64,000 nt of DNA from Mobula hypostoma. Lineage: Eukaryota. The notes under the pieces were generated by a model. It was given only the letters and a program-made list of their open reading frames with translations, was not told the DNA's origin and searched no databases. Numbering within the stretch: the stretch's first letter is position 1; every line of letters starts with the position of its first letter. The DNA lies in contig NC_086108.1 of the NCBI RefSeq assembly GCF_963921235.1, positions 112,594,001 to 112,658,000 on the forward strand. The letters run 5' to 3'. The translations under genes were made by a program, and so were the position numbers. This document shows positions 51,212 through 63,100 of this stretch, in pieces.

Positions 51212-53122
51212 CTTTCTGTCACTGGATTTCCAGCAACTGCAGATTCTCTGTGTGTACTGTACGCAATAGAATCAACCCCATTCCTTTTTTTGTACACTCT
51301 CTTTTTGCATTACTTAATTTAATTTTTAAATGTATATTCCTCTTTGTAATTTATAGTTTTTTTTGTATTGCAGTGTAGTGTTGCAATACAACATACTTCA
51401 TAACATATGCTGGTGATATTAAAGCTGATTCTCTGAGAATGGTTCGGTTCGAGGCTGAGAAAATGTTACCCGAACACGAACATCCTGTCTTTGAAAGTTT
51501 CCACCGCTCCCTGCCCAGTGTCCTGCTGAGAGCTAGTGTTTATATTATTTTTTTTCCGAGGGGTGGAAGGATTATTCGATCGTTAATTCATCCAGTAACC
51601 AGTGCAGAGGAACAATTTACAATCACCGCCAGACATGAGATCAGCAGGAACAGCAGACTGGAATGCAATCCTCTGAACACTTCTAAAACAGTTATTGTGG
51701 AATTAAATGGCAAATACGTGAGACTGAAAAATGCAGAGAAGATGGAAAAACCTCTTGTTAGTCTTGGAAGCAGTAATGACCAGACACACTATTCGATACT
51801 GAGGCAACGCACTGACATTCGGTGCCGAGTACAATTCCTTAGCGTCACGTTAATCAGGAGGCGTCCGAGCAGGTTCATTGTACACGGGGGACAGAGACAT
51901 CCCCTCCGCTGCCAGGTGTCTGACTGCGTGACAGGGGACCCGAGTGTGTGAAGGAAAATGTGGATCGTGAGTGCAGGTCGGAGACAGGGGGAAGGGGAAT
52001 TCATGAGAGAGAGGGAGAGGGAGAGCTTTCCTTCCATCAAAGTACACAAGGACGTCAAAGATTATGGGGAGAAGTCAGGAGAGTGGGGTCAATAAATCAG
52101 CCATGATGGAATGGTGGAGCTGACTCGATGGGCCAGTAGCCTAATTCCTCTCCAATGTCTTATGGAGAAGGAAAAGGAGAGAGAGGAGGCAGACAAGACA
52201 GAGGGGGGAGGGGGACGTAGAGTGAAATGTATGGTTTGCGTCGACCACCAGCACAGTTCTAGGATGTGCTGGGCAGCCCACAAGTTTCAGCATGTTTCTG
52301 ACACCAGCGAGGGTGCCCACAACTCACTGACCCTAACCCATACGTCCTTGGGATGTGAGAGGAAACTGGAGGAAAGCCACACGTTTACAGGCAGAACACA
52401 CGGACTCCTCACGGATATTGAACCCTGACTATTCACACTGTAAAGCGTTATTCTAATTGCTACACTGCCATGCTGTCCCGTGAATCCTTTCTTAGTTAAG
52501 CGGGTTAAAACTGTGCCTTCTACTCAAGCACGGCCACATTAGTCCCGACTATAATAAACTGAGCCAGCATCTCATTTAGTGATGCTGGCTGAGGGACGGT
52601 GACCAGGCTGGAGAAGCAGGCTTCGCTGCTGATCTTCAAAACAGAGTCACCTCGTTTACAAAGGAGAACATTAGATGAAGAGCCCAGAGGCAAGACCTTA
52701 GCCCTATCCAGCCAAAAGACCATTAGCAGGCCGTAAAATATAAAGGCAGAATTAGGCCATTCAGCCCATCGAGTCTGCTCCACCATTCCATCATGGCTGA
52801 TTTATTATCCCTCTCAACCCCATTCTCCTGCCTTCTCCCCGTAATCTTTGACACCCTGACTAATCAAGAACCTATCAACATCCACTTTAAATATGACTTG
52901 GTCTCCACAGTTATCCATGGCAATGAATTTCACAGATTCACTACCCTCTGGCTAAAGAAATCCTTCCTCATCTCTACAAAGGGACGTCCTTCTATTCTAA
53001 AACTGTTCTCTGGTCCTAGACTTCCCCACTGTAGGAAACATTCTCTCCACACCCATTTTATATTTCGGATTTTCAATGTTCCTTTTTTTTACATTTTTTT
53101 ATAAATTTTTAATAATAAATTT

Positions 53123-53275
53123 AGAGCACGAACGCAGTCCCCCACTACCACAAATTCTGCAGTTGAGTATCCCGCATTTGGGGACATCACAGGCGTCAGC
53201 ACACCCGAAGTGCAATGGCCTCGTCCTGGGAGAACTGCCTTAATGATCATGGTCTCTCCCCTGCCAGGTAAGTAT
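53123..53275 (-). pseudogene. RNU1: U1 snRNA pseudogene/variant copy
   Basis: ATACTTACCTGGCAGGGGAGAGACCATGATCA...CATTGCAC...AATTTGTGGTAGTGGGGGACTGCGTTCG. About 5 nt deleted in stem II, 3' end truncated, A/T-rich tail. Confidence 0.92.
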
Positions 53276-54189
53276 TCAATTTTTAGAAATTTATTCAGAG
53301 ATACAGCACAGCAGCAGGCCCTCATGTGACTAATTAACCAACTACCCATACGTCTTTGGAATGTGGGATGAAACCGAAGGAAACCCACATGGTGACTGGA
53401 ATAATGTAAAAACCCCTTACAGTGAGTGGCAGGAATTGAACCCGGGTCTCTGGCATTGCAATCGTGTTAAGCTAACCGCTGCACAAGGTAATCTCATTCA
53501 TAAGTTTCAATAAGATCCCCCCTCATTCTTCTAAACTCCTGCAATAACAGGTCCAGAGACATCACACACCTCCAATTTCCGAACTTGTTCCCCATTTTGA
53601 CACCCATGCTCCCCCACTGATTCCCCTAATCTACCACTGCTCCCACTGGATCTTTATCCCAAACTGCTTCAACGTGCTTTAGTCTTGGAGCATCAGCTGA
53701 GGTGCCAATGAGCCCATTATTTGAAGTTGAATGTACCTATATACAACGAAACGAAACACCATTCCTCCGAAGCACAGTGCAACACACAGAACACAGGCCA
53801 AAGTATCTCCATAAACAAGTCTGTAAAATATACTTCAAAAATGCATGTGAAGCGTGGAGCAGAGGTAAACAGTAAACAGCTCACTGTCCTAGTGACGAGA
53901 CCTCGGTGGTGGAAGGGTATTCATTGGTCTCATAGTCCCAGTCACACAGTCCTAGTCCTGATGCTCCTGCACCTCCTTCCTGATGGTAGTGGGTCAAAGC
54001 TGAGACAAAAACAAAAGCTTTTTCTCAGAAATAAAATGACCAAAAGTCATCCTGAGGTTGCAAATTATTCCCAGCTTTTATACTGAGTTGGAACAACTCC
54101 ACGTACAGGCATTTCATGAACTTGCTCTTGTAAAGTCGTCCAGAAACATCCTCATAACAGGAATAGAAGTTGGCGTAGCTTCTCTTGCC

Positions 54190-54392
54190 TGTTTCATCAA
54201 TCACCAGGACCACCCCGCATTCATTCACATCATCTATCTCTCTCTTTCAATCATGAAGACCACCCCGCATTCATTCACATCATCTCTCTCTCTCTTTCAA
54301 TCATGAAGACCACCCCGCATTCATTCACATCATCTCTCTCTCTCTTTCAATCACCAGGACCACCCCACATTCATTCACATCATCTCTCTTTC
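54190..54392. repeat. About 50-bp tandem repeat, 4 copies
   Basis: gaccaccccgcattcattcacatcatctctctc recurs four times. Confidence 0.85.
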
Positions 54393-54784
54393 TGATGAGT
54401 TAGTGGCCAAATAAGCCCGTAGGAACGGGCACAACTCAGATTCAGATTCACAGTATTTGTCCCACCTACGTACAGTGAAAAGTGTCGTTTGTGTTAACAA
54501 CCATCACAACCTCGGTATGTGCTGGGGACAGCCTGCAAGTGTCAACATACATTCTGGCCCCAACACAGCCTACCCACAATGCTCGGCAGAGCGACACAGA
54601 ACAAAACGAACAACAGCCGTTGCTCCCACCCACCCACATGGACAGTCCTCCAATTCCAAAGTACAAAGGTCAAAGTAAATTTATCTTCAATGTCGCCATA
54701 TACAACCTGAGATTCATTGCCTTGCAGGCATTCACAGTAAATACAAAGAAATATGATAGAATCAATGACAAACCCACCCTAGAT

Positions 54785-54975
54785 CGGGGTGGCCAACATT
54801 TACATTCCATACGCCAATTTTTTCATGCACGAGTTCAGATGTGATTTTTTCACGTACGAGTTCTATATTAACATATTTTTACAAGAATTGAACGGGGGTG
54901 CAAGGGTTGTATGGCGCATCTGAACTTGTGCGTGAAAAAATTGACGCATGGAATGTAAAAGATTGGCCACCCTTG
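54785..54975. mobile_element. hAT (Charlie-like) MITE inside a Rex1 tail
   Basis: Inverted arms of about 60 bp starting cggggtggccaa / ttggccacccttg; imperfect 8-bp TSD ccctagat / gtctagat. Confidence 0.8.
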
Positions 54976-55574
54976 GTCTAGATGGACAAGCAACCAATGT
55001 GCAAAGGGCAACAAATTGCAAACACATAAATAAATAAATAAGCAAGCAATAAATATTGAGAACAGGAGATGAAGAGTCCTTGAACATGAGTCCATAGGGT
55101 GTGGGAACAGTTCAGTGTTGGGCTGAGCGAAGTTATCCCCTCTGGTTCAGGAGCCTGATGGTTGAGGGGTAATGACTGTTCCTGAACCTGGTGGTGTGAG
55201 TCCTGAGGTTCCTGTACCTCCTCCCTGATGGCAGCAGCGAGAAAAGAGCATGGCCTGGAGGGTGGGGGTCGACTTTACCAGTAATAGACTAGGCCATATC
55301 CACTACTTTTTGTAGGCTTTTATGCTCATAGCAATGGTGTTTGCATCCAGTCAGTATATCAGGACAGACCCCCAGCCTCCAGGCTTCAGCTACTGGGTTT
55401 CAACTTCTGGACTACAGCTCAAACTTTGGGCTTTGATCTTCAGAATCAACACCTGGATGAGCCAATGGGGGGACCTGGAAATCCAGATTTGCCAATTGGA
55501 GTTCCGGCCTTCGTGTCTCACATGGCCACCCAATCCCAGGACACACTGCCCTATGACTGTCTGACATCCACAGG

Positions 55575-56065
55575 TGTCTGAAGACCTGTCCTGGACCCAA
55601 CATATCGATGCAGTTTCAGGGAAGGCACAGCAGCGGCTATATTTCATTTGGAGTTTGAGGAAATTCGGTTTGTCACCAAAGACTCTTGCAAATTTCTATA
55701 GATGTACAATGGAGAGCATTTTAACTGGCTGCATCACTGTCTGGTATGGAGGGGCCTCTGCACAGGACTGGAAAAAGCTGCAGAAAGTTGTAAACTCAGT
55801 CAGCTCCATCATGGGCACCAGCCTCCCCAGCAGTGAGGACACCTTCAAAACACTATGCCTCAAAAAGTTGGCATCCATCAGTAAGGACCCACATCACCCA
55901 GAACATGCCCTCTTCTCACTGCTACCATCAAGGAGGAGGTACAGAAGCCTGAAGACGTGCACTCAACATTTTGGGAACAGCTGCTTCCCACCGCTATCAC
56001 TGCTGCCGCAAAGCAGCTAATTTCACGACATACTGTATGCCAGTGATAGTAAACCTGATTCTGAT
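55575..56065 (+). mobile_element. Rex1/Babar-like LINE 3' fragment
   Basis: FYRCTMESILTGCITVWYGG...KDPHHPEHALFSLLPSRRRYRSL. Confidence 0.85.
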
Positions 56066-56204
56066 GTCCTTCGACACCAATCCACATCACTGGCCTTCGA
56101 GCGAGAAGTGGAGGCTTCAAGTCTGAATGCCCTTCCTACCCTGGTCTTCGAACACAAACTCCCGATCCACCTCACTTGCCCTCGAGCACAGAACAGACCT
56201 CTAA

Positions 56205-56545
56205 TTCCCCCACATCCCCGTCCCCAAACACTAATCTGAATTCTAACTCTCCACATGCCCGTCCATAAACACTAATCTGACTGCTAACTCCTCCACATCC
56301 CTGTCCCTAAACCCAAATCTAATCTCTAACTCCCCCCACATCCCTGTCCCTAAACCCTAATCTGACTTCTAATTCCTCCACATCTCTGTCCCTTAACCCT
56401 AATCTGACCTCTAACTCCCCACATCCCTGTCCCTAAACCCTAATATGACCTCAGACTCCCCATATCCCTGTCCATAAACCCTAATCTGACCTCTAATTCC
56501 TCCACATCTCTGTTCCTAAACCCCAACCTGACTTTTAACCCTACT
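56205..56545. repeat. C-rich minisatellite, about 41-43-bp unit, about 8 copies
   Basis: Variants of ccacatccctgtccctaaaccctaatctgacctctaactcc. Confidence 0.85.
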
Positions 56546-57844
56546 CTCTATCCCCATCTGAGTTTAAAAAAAACAACCAAATTTGAGCGACATTCTGTGA
56601 TTTCAACCCACAGACTAAATGTTATTCCTTCTGGCTGTTCCCAGAGCAAGAACAACAGTCCAGAGACTCAGTTCTAGGAGATTTGAGATTGACAGTTATG
56701 TAAATAAATCTAACAGGAAGCTGAAGGCTAACCCAAGCAGCATAAAGTTCAAACACAGTTCAGACAATTTCTGGAGGTTGGATGCCCAATGTCTGCAAGT
56801 TTGAGAGCGCGTGGCCAAGGACTGGAGGCCCAGAGGCAGGGTTGAAGGTCTGTATATGTGTGTGAGGACTGGGAGGGTAGGAAAGGGGCTTGTTTTGATC
56901 TCAGTGAAGCCAGGTTGGGGCCTACCTGCCATCAGGGATGTATATACAGTAAGGTGCTGGAAAAGGGCCAGTAGCATCATGAAGGATCCCACCCACCCTG
57001 CTCATGGAGTGTTTGTCCCACTCCCATCGGGGAGGAGGCTACGTAATATCCACACCAGGACCACCAGACTCAAACAGGTACTTTCCCCAAGCAGTGAGGT
57101 TGATCAACACCTCCACCCACTTAACCCACCCCTCCACACCCCAACCACCACTACTTTATCATTTCCTGTCAGCCACCTTATGTACAGACATTCCTGTGCC
57201 AGTCAATGTATACAAGCTATCTTATGTATTTATATTTATTGTGTTTTAATTTTTATTGTGTTCTTTATCTTATTATATTTTTTTGGGCTGTATCAGATCC
57301 AGAGTAACAATTATTTCATTCTCCTTTACATTTGTGTACTGGAAGTGACATTAAACAATCGTGAACCTTGAACCCTGTTTTGTGTTTGTTGTTCTGTTGT
57401 TCTGCTGGTAGGCTATGTTGGTGCTGGAATGTGTGGTGACACTGCGGGCTGCCCCCACCACATCCTTGGGTGTGCTGGCTGTTAACACAAATGACACATT
57501 TCACTGCGCGTTTCGATGATAAATAAAGCTGAGTCTTAGTCTCAAATGCATTCAAATGGGAAAAAGTGTAATACGACATTCACCAACACTGGGCATTATA
57601 TGAGCACGTCCCACCCCACCGTCGGCAGTATCTACAGGACACACCGCTTCAGGGAGGAAACATCCATCGAAGATCCCCACCATTCAGGCCGTTCCATCGT
57701 CTCGCAGCTCCCATCCGGCAGGAGGTACAGAAACATGGAGTCGCACACCACCAGGTTCAGAAAAAGCCCATCAACCATTCACTTCCTGAACCAACTGGCA
57801 AAACCCTGATCACCGCAGTTTGGCAACAGAGAGAGATTATGGGC

Positions 57845-58652
57845 AACAGTGGGCAGATGCAGTTTAATGTGGATAAATGTCAGGTTATCCACTTTGGTGA
57901 TAAGAACAGGAAGGCAGATTCAAGTTAGGAAAAGGGGAAGCACAACGAGATCTAGGTGTTCTTGTACATCAGTCACTGAAAGCAAGCATGCAAGTACAGC
58001 AGGCAGTGAAGAAAGCTAATGGCATGTTGACCTTCATAACAAGGGCAATTGAGTATAAGAGCAAAGAGGTCCTTCTGCAGTTGTACAGGGCCCTGGTGAG
58101 ACCACACCTGGAGTACTGTGTGCAGTTTTGGTCTCCAAATTTGAGGAAGGTCATTCTTGCTTTTGAGGGAGTGCAGCGTAGGTTCACAAGGTTAATTCCC
58201 GGGATGGCAGGACTGTCATATGTCGAAAGATTGGAACGACTGGGCTTGTATACTCTGGAATTTAGAAGGCTGAGAGGGGGTCTTATTGAAACATATAAGA
58301 TTATTAAGGGATTGGACATGCTGGAGGCAGGAAGCATGTTCCCGCTGATGGGTGAGTCCAGAACCAGGGGCCACAGTTTAAGAATAAGGGGTAGGCCATT
58401 TAGAACGGAGTTGAGGAAAAACTTTTTCACCCAGAGAGTGGTGGATATATGGAATGCTCTGCCCCAGAAGGCTGTGGAAGCCAAGTCTCTGGATGCTTTC
58501 GAGAAAGAGATGGATAGAGCTCGTAAAGATAGCGGAATCAAAGGTTATGGGGATAAGGCAGAAACTGGATACTGATTGTGGATGATCAGCCATGATCACA
58601 GTGAATGGTGGTACTGGCTCGAAGGGCCGAATGGCCTACTCCTGCACCTATT
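57845..58652 (+). mobile_element. CR1 ORF2 3' fragment
   Basis: 195-aa ORF with LYRALVRPHLEYCVQFWSP...NFFTQRVVDIWNALP. Confidence 0.9.
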
Positions 58653-59654
58653 GACCACGTTGCACTAAAATGAACCCTGGTTTTTTTTTGTTCTAATTGT
58701 TGTTTTCTTGTAAAAATTGTGTATAATTTATGTATAATTGATGTTTTCCTTGTGAATGCTGCTCATCTGATACTCTGTGCCTGTGAGACGGCTGCGAGTT
58801 TCTCATTACACCTGTGCACATGCACACATTTAAAGATTTGATAAAGATCAGCTTTATTTGTTACATATACATTGAAACATTCAGTCTCCTGCCTGTCAGT
58901 AGAAAGTCAAAGAGGATGCTGGATGGATGGGCGGGATCCCTAATACTACTAAGGGCTCTGTGTTCGCAGCGCTCCTGATAAATGTCCCCGGTGGATGGTA
59001 GGGAGACCCCTATGATCCTCTCAGCTGTTCTCACAGTCCTCCGTAGGGACTTCCGGTCCGATGGCCGACTGCTCCCAGACTAGTTGGAGATGTAACTTGT
59101 CAGGGTGCTCTCAGTGGTGCTGCCGTAAAACTCAGTTAAGATGGGTGGGTAGGGGCAGGGTGGAGAGCCTTTTTTGCCTCAATCTCCTTCGGAAGAGGAG
59201 GCGTTGCTGGGCCTTCTCGTTCAGGGGCGTGATATTCAGGGACCTGGTGAGGTCATCTGTGATGTGAACTCCCGAGAACTTGGTACACTTAACTCTCTCT
59301 ACAAAGGAGCCATCTGCACCTTCCTGAGGTCCACAATGATATCCTTGCCAATTTACCAAAATGTACCAGATCCCATCAAAGCCTCAGCATAAACCTCTAT
59401 ATCAGGTTTTAGATCTCTGATGCGGGAAAACATTTCTCTCCACCTATCTTATCTATGTCCCCATTCCCTCCCGTCAACTTCCAAGGTTTTTGAAAAAGAA
59501 TTCAGTTTGACACCTGCAGTTTCAATGCTTGGACACAAGGTGACACTAGGCACAACTATTGGATCGGAATCTATTCCCAGCATAGAAAACATTAAATAAA
59601 TTTCAATGGAACAGTTTCAGTGGAACAAGTTGTCAATTTGCGAGTAGTTTAAAG

Positions 59655-60242
59655 CCATAAACCATAAGACAATAAGACATAGGACAGAATTAGGCCATTC
59701 AGCCCATCGAGTCTTCTCCGCCATTCCATCACAGCCAATTTATCATCCCTCCCAACCCCATTTTCCCCATAACCTCTGATGTCCTGACAAATCAGGAACC
59801 TATTTTAAATAGGTTTTAAACTGTTTTAAATATACCCAATGACTTGGCTGCCAGAGTTGTCTGTGACAATGAATTCCACAGATTCCCCACCCTCTGGCTA
59901 AAGAAATTCCTCCTCTCTGTTCTAAATGGATGTCCCTCTATTCTGAGGCTGTGCCATCTGGCCCTAGACACCCCCACCACAGAAAACATTCTCTCCACAT
60001 CCACTCTATCCAGACCTTTCAACATTCGATAGGTTTCATAAGAACCCTCCTCATTCTTCTAAACCCCAGTGAGGCCAGGCCCAGAGCTGTCAAATACTTC
60101 TCATTCACTGACTCTTTCATTCCTAGGATCATCCTCGTGAACCTCCTCTGGACCCTCCCCAAGGCCAACACATCCTTTCCGAGATAAGCAGCCCAGCACT
60201 GCTCACCATACTCCAACTGTGGTCTGACCAATGCCTTATAAA
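59655..60242 (-). mobile_element. CR1 ORF2 3' fragment
   Basis: VRPQLEYGEQCW, NFFSQRVGNLWNSL and a CR1 tail. Confidence 0.85.
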
Positions 60243-60752
60243 ACTCCGGTCAATAAAGTGCATTGGACCAGGAGCTGTGTGTAACTTCTAGAGATCTGCA
60301 TCATGAGAGTAACTCAGCAAGAGACGTACTTCTTGTGACTGTTAGTAAAACTCCACCTTCCCCAGAACATACTGGTGCAATTCCATACTGCCGTCACGGA
60401 CAGCATCCTCACATCAGCCATTGCTGCCTGGTCACACAATATACAAGCCTGCCAACAGGACAGTTTCGCTGTAAAGGTCACTGTCTGCAGTCTACCACCA
60501 CTGCAGGACTTGTATGTGTCCTGGACAAAGAAGTGAGCAGAAAAAAATCATTGCAGACACTACCCACCACGCAAACTGCCTTTTCCAAAAGCTCCCTTCT
60601 GGAAAGCACTACAGGTTTACTAAAACAAAAACTTCATGCCACTGATGCCCAAGCTAAACCCACAGCTACCTGGACTATAACTCATCCCAAGCAACACACA
60701 TCAAAGTTGCTGGTGAACGCAGCAGGCCAGGCAGCATCTCTAGGAAGAGGTA

Positions 60753-60790
60753 CAGTCGACGTTTCAGGCCAAGACCCTTCGTCAGGACTA
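60753..60790 (-). ncRNA. Minimal type I hammerhead ribozyme motif (Penelope-associated)
   Basis: Minus strand tAGTC-CTGACGA-agggtcttggcct-GAAA-c-GTC-GACTg has a CUGANGA/GAAA core, a GUC triplet and stem I pairing. Confidence 0.7.
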
Positions 60791-61832
60791 ACTGAAGGAA
60801 GGGCCGAAGAAATTACAGATGGGGAGCAGTGAGAGATGGTTTCACTGAACTCCCGTTGAAGAGAGGATCTAAACTTCTTCGGTGTAGGCATCACCGGAAG
60901 AGGCTTCACAGTAGTGAATTTAAAAATGCAAACAACAGGAATTCTGCATTCCAGCATCTGCAGAATTCCTGTTGTTTGCGTCTATAACTCATCCCACCCT
61001 GTTACCTGTAAAAAAAAACCAACCCCTTCTCTCAGTTCCTCCGTCTCTGCCACATCTGCTCTCAGGATGAGGCTTTTTATTCCAGAACAAAGGAGATGTC
61101 CTCTTTTTTCAAAGAAATGGACTTCCCTTTCTCCACCATCAACGCTGCCCTCAAATGCATCTCTTCCATTTCACACGCGTCTGCCCTCGCCCCACCTTCA
61201 CACCACCCCAACAGAAACAGGGCTTCTCTTGTCCTCGCCTACCACCCCACCAGCCTCCACATCCTGCACATAATTCTCCAGAACTTCTGCCACCTCCAAC
61301 GGGATCCCACCACCAAGCACATCTCACCACCCGCCCCCACCCCACCCCAAGTTTCTTCCCCCGAGCCATTAGACTGCTCAATTCCCAGAGTCTAGTCTGA
61401 CACCAACCTACACACACACACACACTCACACTCAACTGAGCACCACTCCACTCCCCTTGCAATTTTTGCTCATTTCTTTCTCAATTCCTGCTAAAACATT
61501 GTTTACATTTACATCATTTATTATATTGTAATTTGTTCTTTACTGTGCCTATTGTCTTGTTTATTAATTATTGTACTGTCTTGCACTGTTTTGTGCACTT
61601 TATGTAGTCCCGTGTAGGCCTGAAGTCTAATCTAGTTTTGTGTTGTTTCAGGTAGTCTAATGTAGTTTTGTGTTGTTTCACATAGTCTAGTTTTGTGTTA
61701 TGTTGTTTCATGTAACACCATGGTCCTGGAAGATTGCTGTTTCATTTTTACTGTGTACTGTACCAGCAGTAGTGGTTGACAATAAAAGCGATTTGACTTT
61801 GACTTTATGCAGGAATCACTCCCTGATGACTC

Positions 61833-61870
61833 CAGTCCTGATGAAAGGTCTCAGCTGGAAACGTTGACTG
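61833..61870 (+). ncRNA. Minimal type I hammerhead ribozyme motif, weaker stem II
   Basis: CAGTC-CTGATGA-aaggtctcagctg-GAAA-c-GTT-GACTG. Confidence 0.55.
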
Positions 61871-62793
61871 TTTACTCTTATCCATAGATGCTGCCTGGCC
61901 TGCTGAGTTCCTCCAGCAGTTTGTGTGTGTTTCCAACATCTACACATTTTCACTTGTTTGCTTGCCATCTTAAAGGCAGTTAATCTGATCAGCCGTTCTA
62001 GTCAGCCCCTCCCCCACCCCCTCTATTGCCCCGTCACTGCACTGTAAACACTTTAAACCAGTTGTAAATACATGCTGGATGTGTTTATACACACCATTCT
62101 ATAACCGTATTTTAACGGACATCTTGCAGTGACGGGAAATATTGATGGAAGAAAAAGCCACACATGACATTCGTGAAGGGATGAACAGGCAAAAGTTTTG
62201 AAGAGCTTATTAGAACTTCTCAGATTAAAGACAGGTGGAAGACCATGATCGCCCACATCACTACGACAGATTAGAACGATGACGACGATGTACTTTAACA
62301 TCTAACTTTATATTTTATACAATTCCTTGTAATAGTTGAATGTTGTTTTTTGTTGCATGTTGTGTCCTGACCAACACACCAGAGCAAATTCCGAATCCAG
62401 GTAAATGTGTGTGCTGAATGAAGTTGATCCACGATGACAGATCGGAGATTTCCATCGGTTCTGTTTGGACACCACCCTCTGAGCATTCTCAGCTCAGCAA
62501 CATCTCCGTTTTAATGCCCTCACCTTTATCCCTCCACTTCTGAAAACACACCCGGCTCGAAACCTCAGTGTGGCTCGCGATGCTACGAAGGCTTGGGAGC
62601 ACAGAGCACCCAGCTCAAGGACAGCTTCTACCCCACTGTGATAAGACCATTGAACAAACCTCTTGAACAATTAAGATGGACCCTTGATCTCGCAATCTAC
62701 CTCATTACGGCTTTCTGTCTGCACCGCACCTTCTCTGTAACTATAACACTTTATTCTGCATTCTGTTTTTGTTTTACCTTGTAAAAATAAAGT

Positions 62794-63100
62794 GGGCACG
62801 TGGCCAAGTGGTTAAGGTATTGGACTAGTGACCTGAAGGTCATGAGTTCGAGCCCCAGCTGAGGCAACGTGTTGTGTCGTTGAGCAAGGCACTTAATCAC
62901 ACAGTGCTCTGCGATGACACCGGTGCCAAGCTGTATGGGTCCTAATGCCTTCCCTTGGACAACATTGGTGTCGTGGAGAAAGGAGACTTGCAGCATGGGC
63001 AACTGCCGGTCTTCCATACAACCTTGCCCAGGCCTGCGCCCTGGACAGTGAAGAATTTCCAGGCACAGATCCACGGTCTCGCAAGACTAACAGATGCCTT
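62794..63100 (+). mobile_element. tRNA-derived CORE-type SINE
   Basis: A box TGGCCAAGTGG, B box GTTCGAGCC and CORE-like gtgtcgttgagcaaggcacttaa. Confidence 0.75.

Larger units (their letters stand above)
60640..61940 (+). mobile_element. Penelope-like element remnant (RT C-terminal region plus terminal repeat), with nested insertions
   Basis: HSYLDYNSSHPVTCK..PFSQFLRLCHICSQDEAF..EMSSFFKE..LVLAYHPTSL..LQRDPTTKHI; hammerhead-like terminus at 61833-61870. Confidence 0.75.

Noticed and set aside
52562..52590. 10-bp hairpin agccagcatc / gatgctggct
   Set aside because: Isolated, with no RNA-family context; plausible by chance.
54025..54228. Minus-strand ORF with Cys/Tyr spacing faintly like a ZP-N domain (ECGVVLV...YSCY...MKC)
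   Set aside because: No polypyrimidine acceptor, it starts within a tandem repeat, and no companion exons were found. BLASTX would settle it.
62794..62870. tRNA gene
   Set aside because: It continues into a CORE domain and tail, so it is a SINE head.
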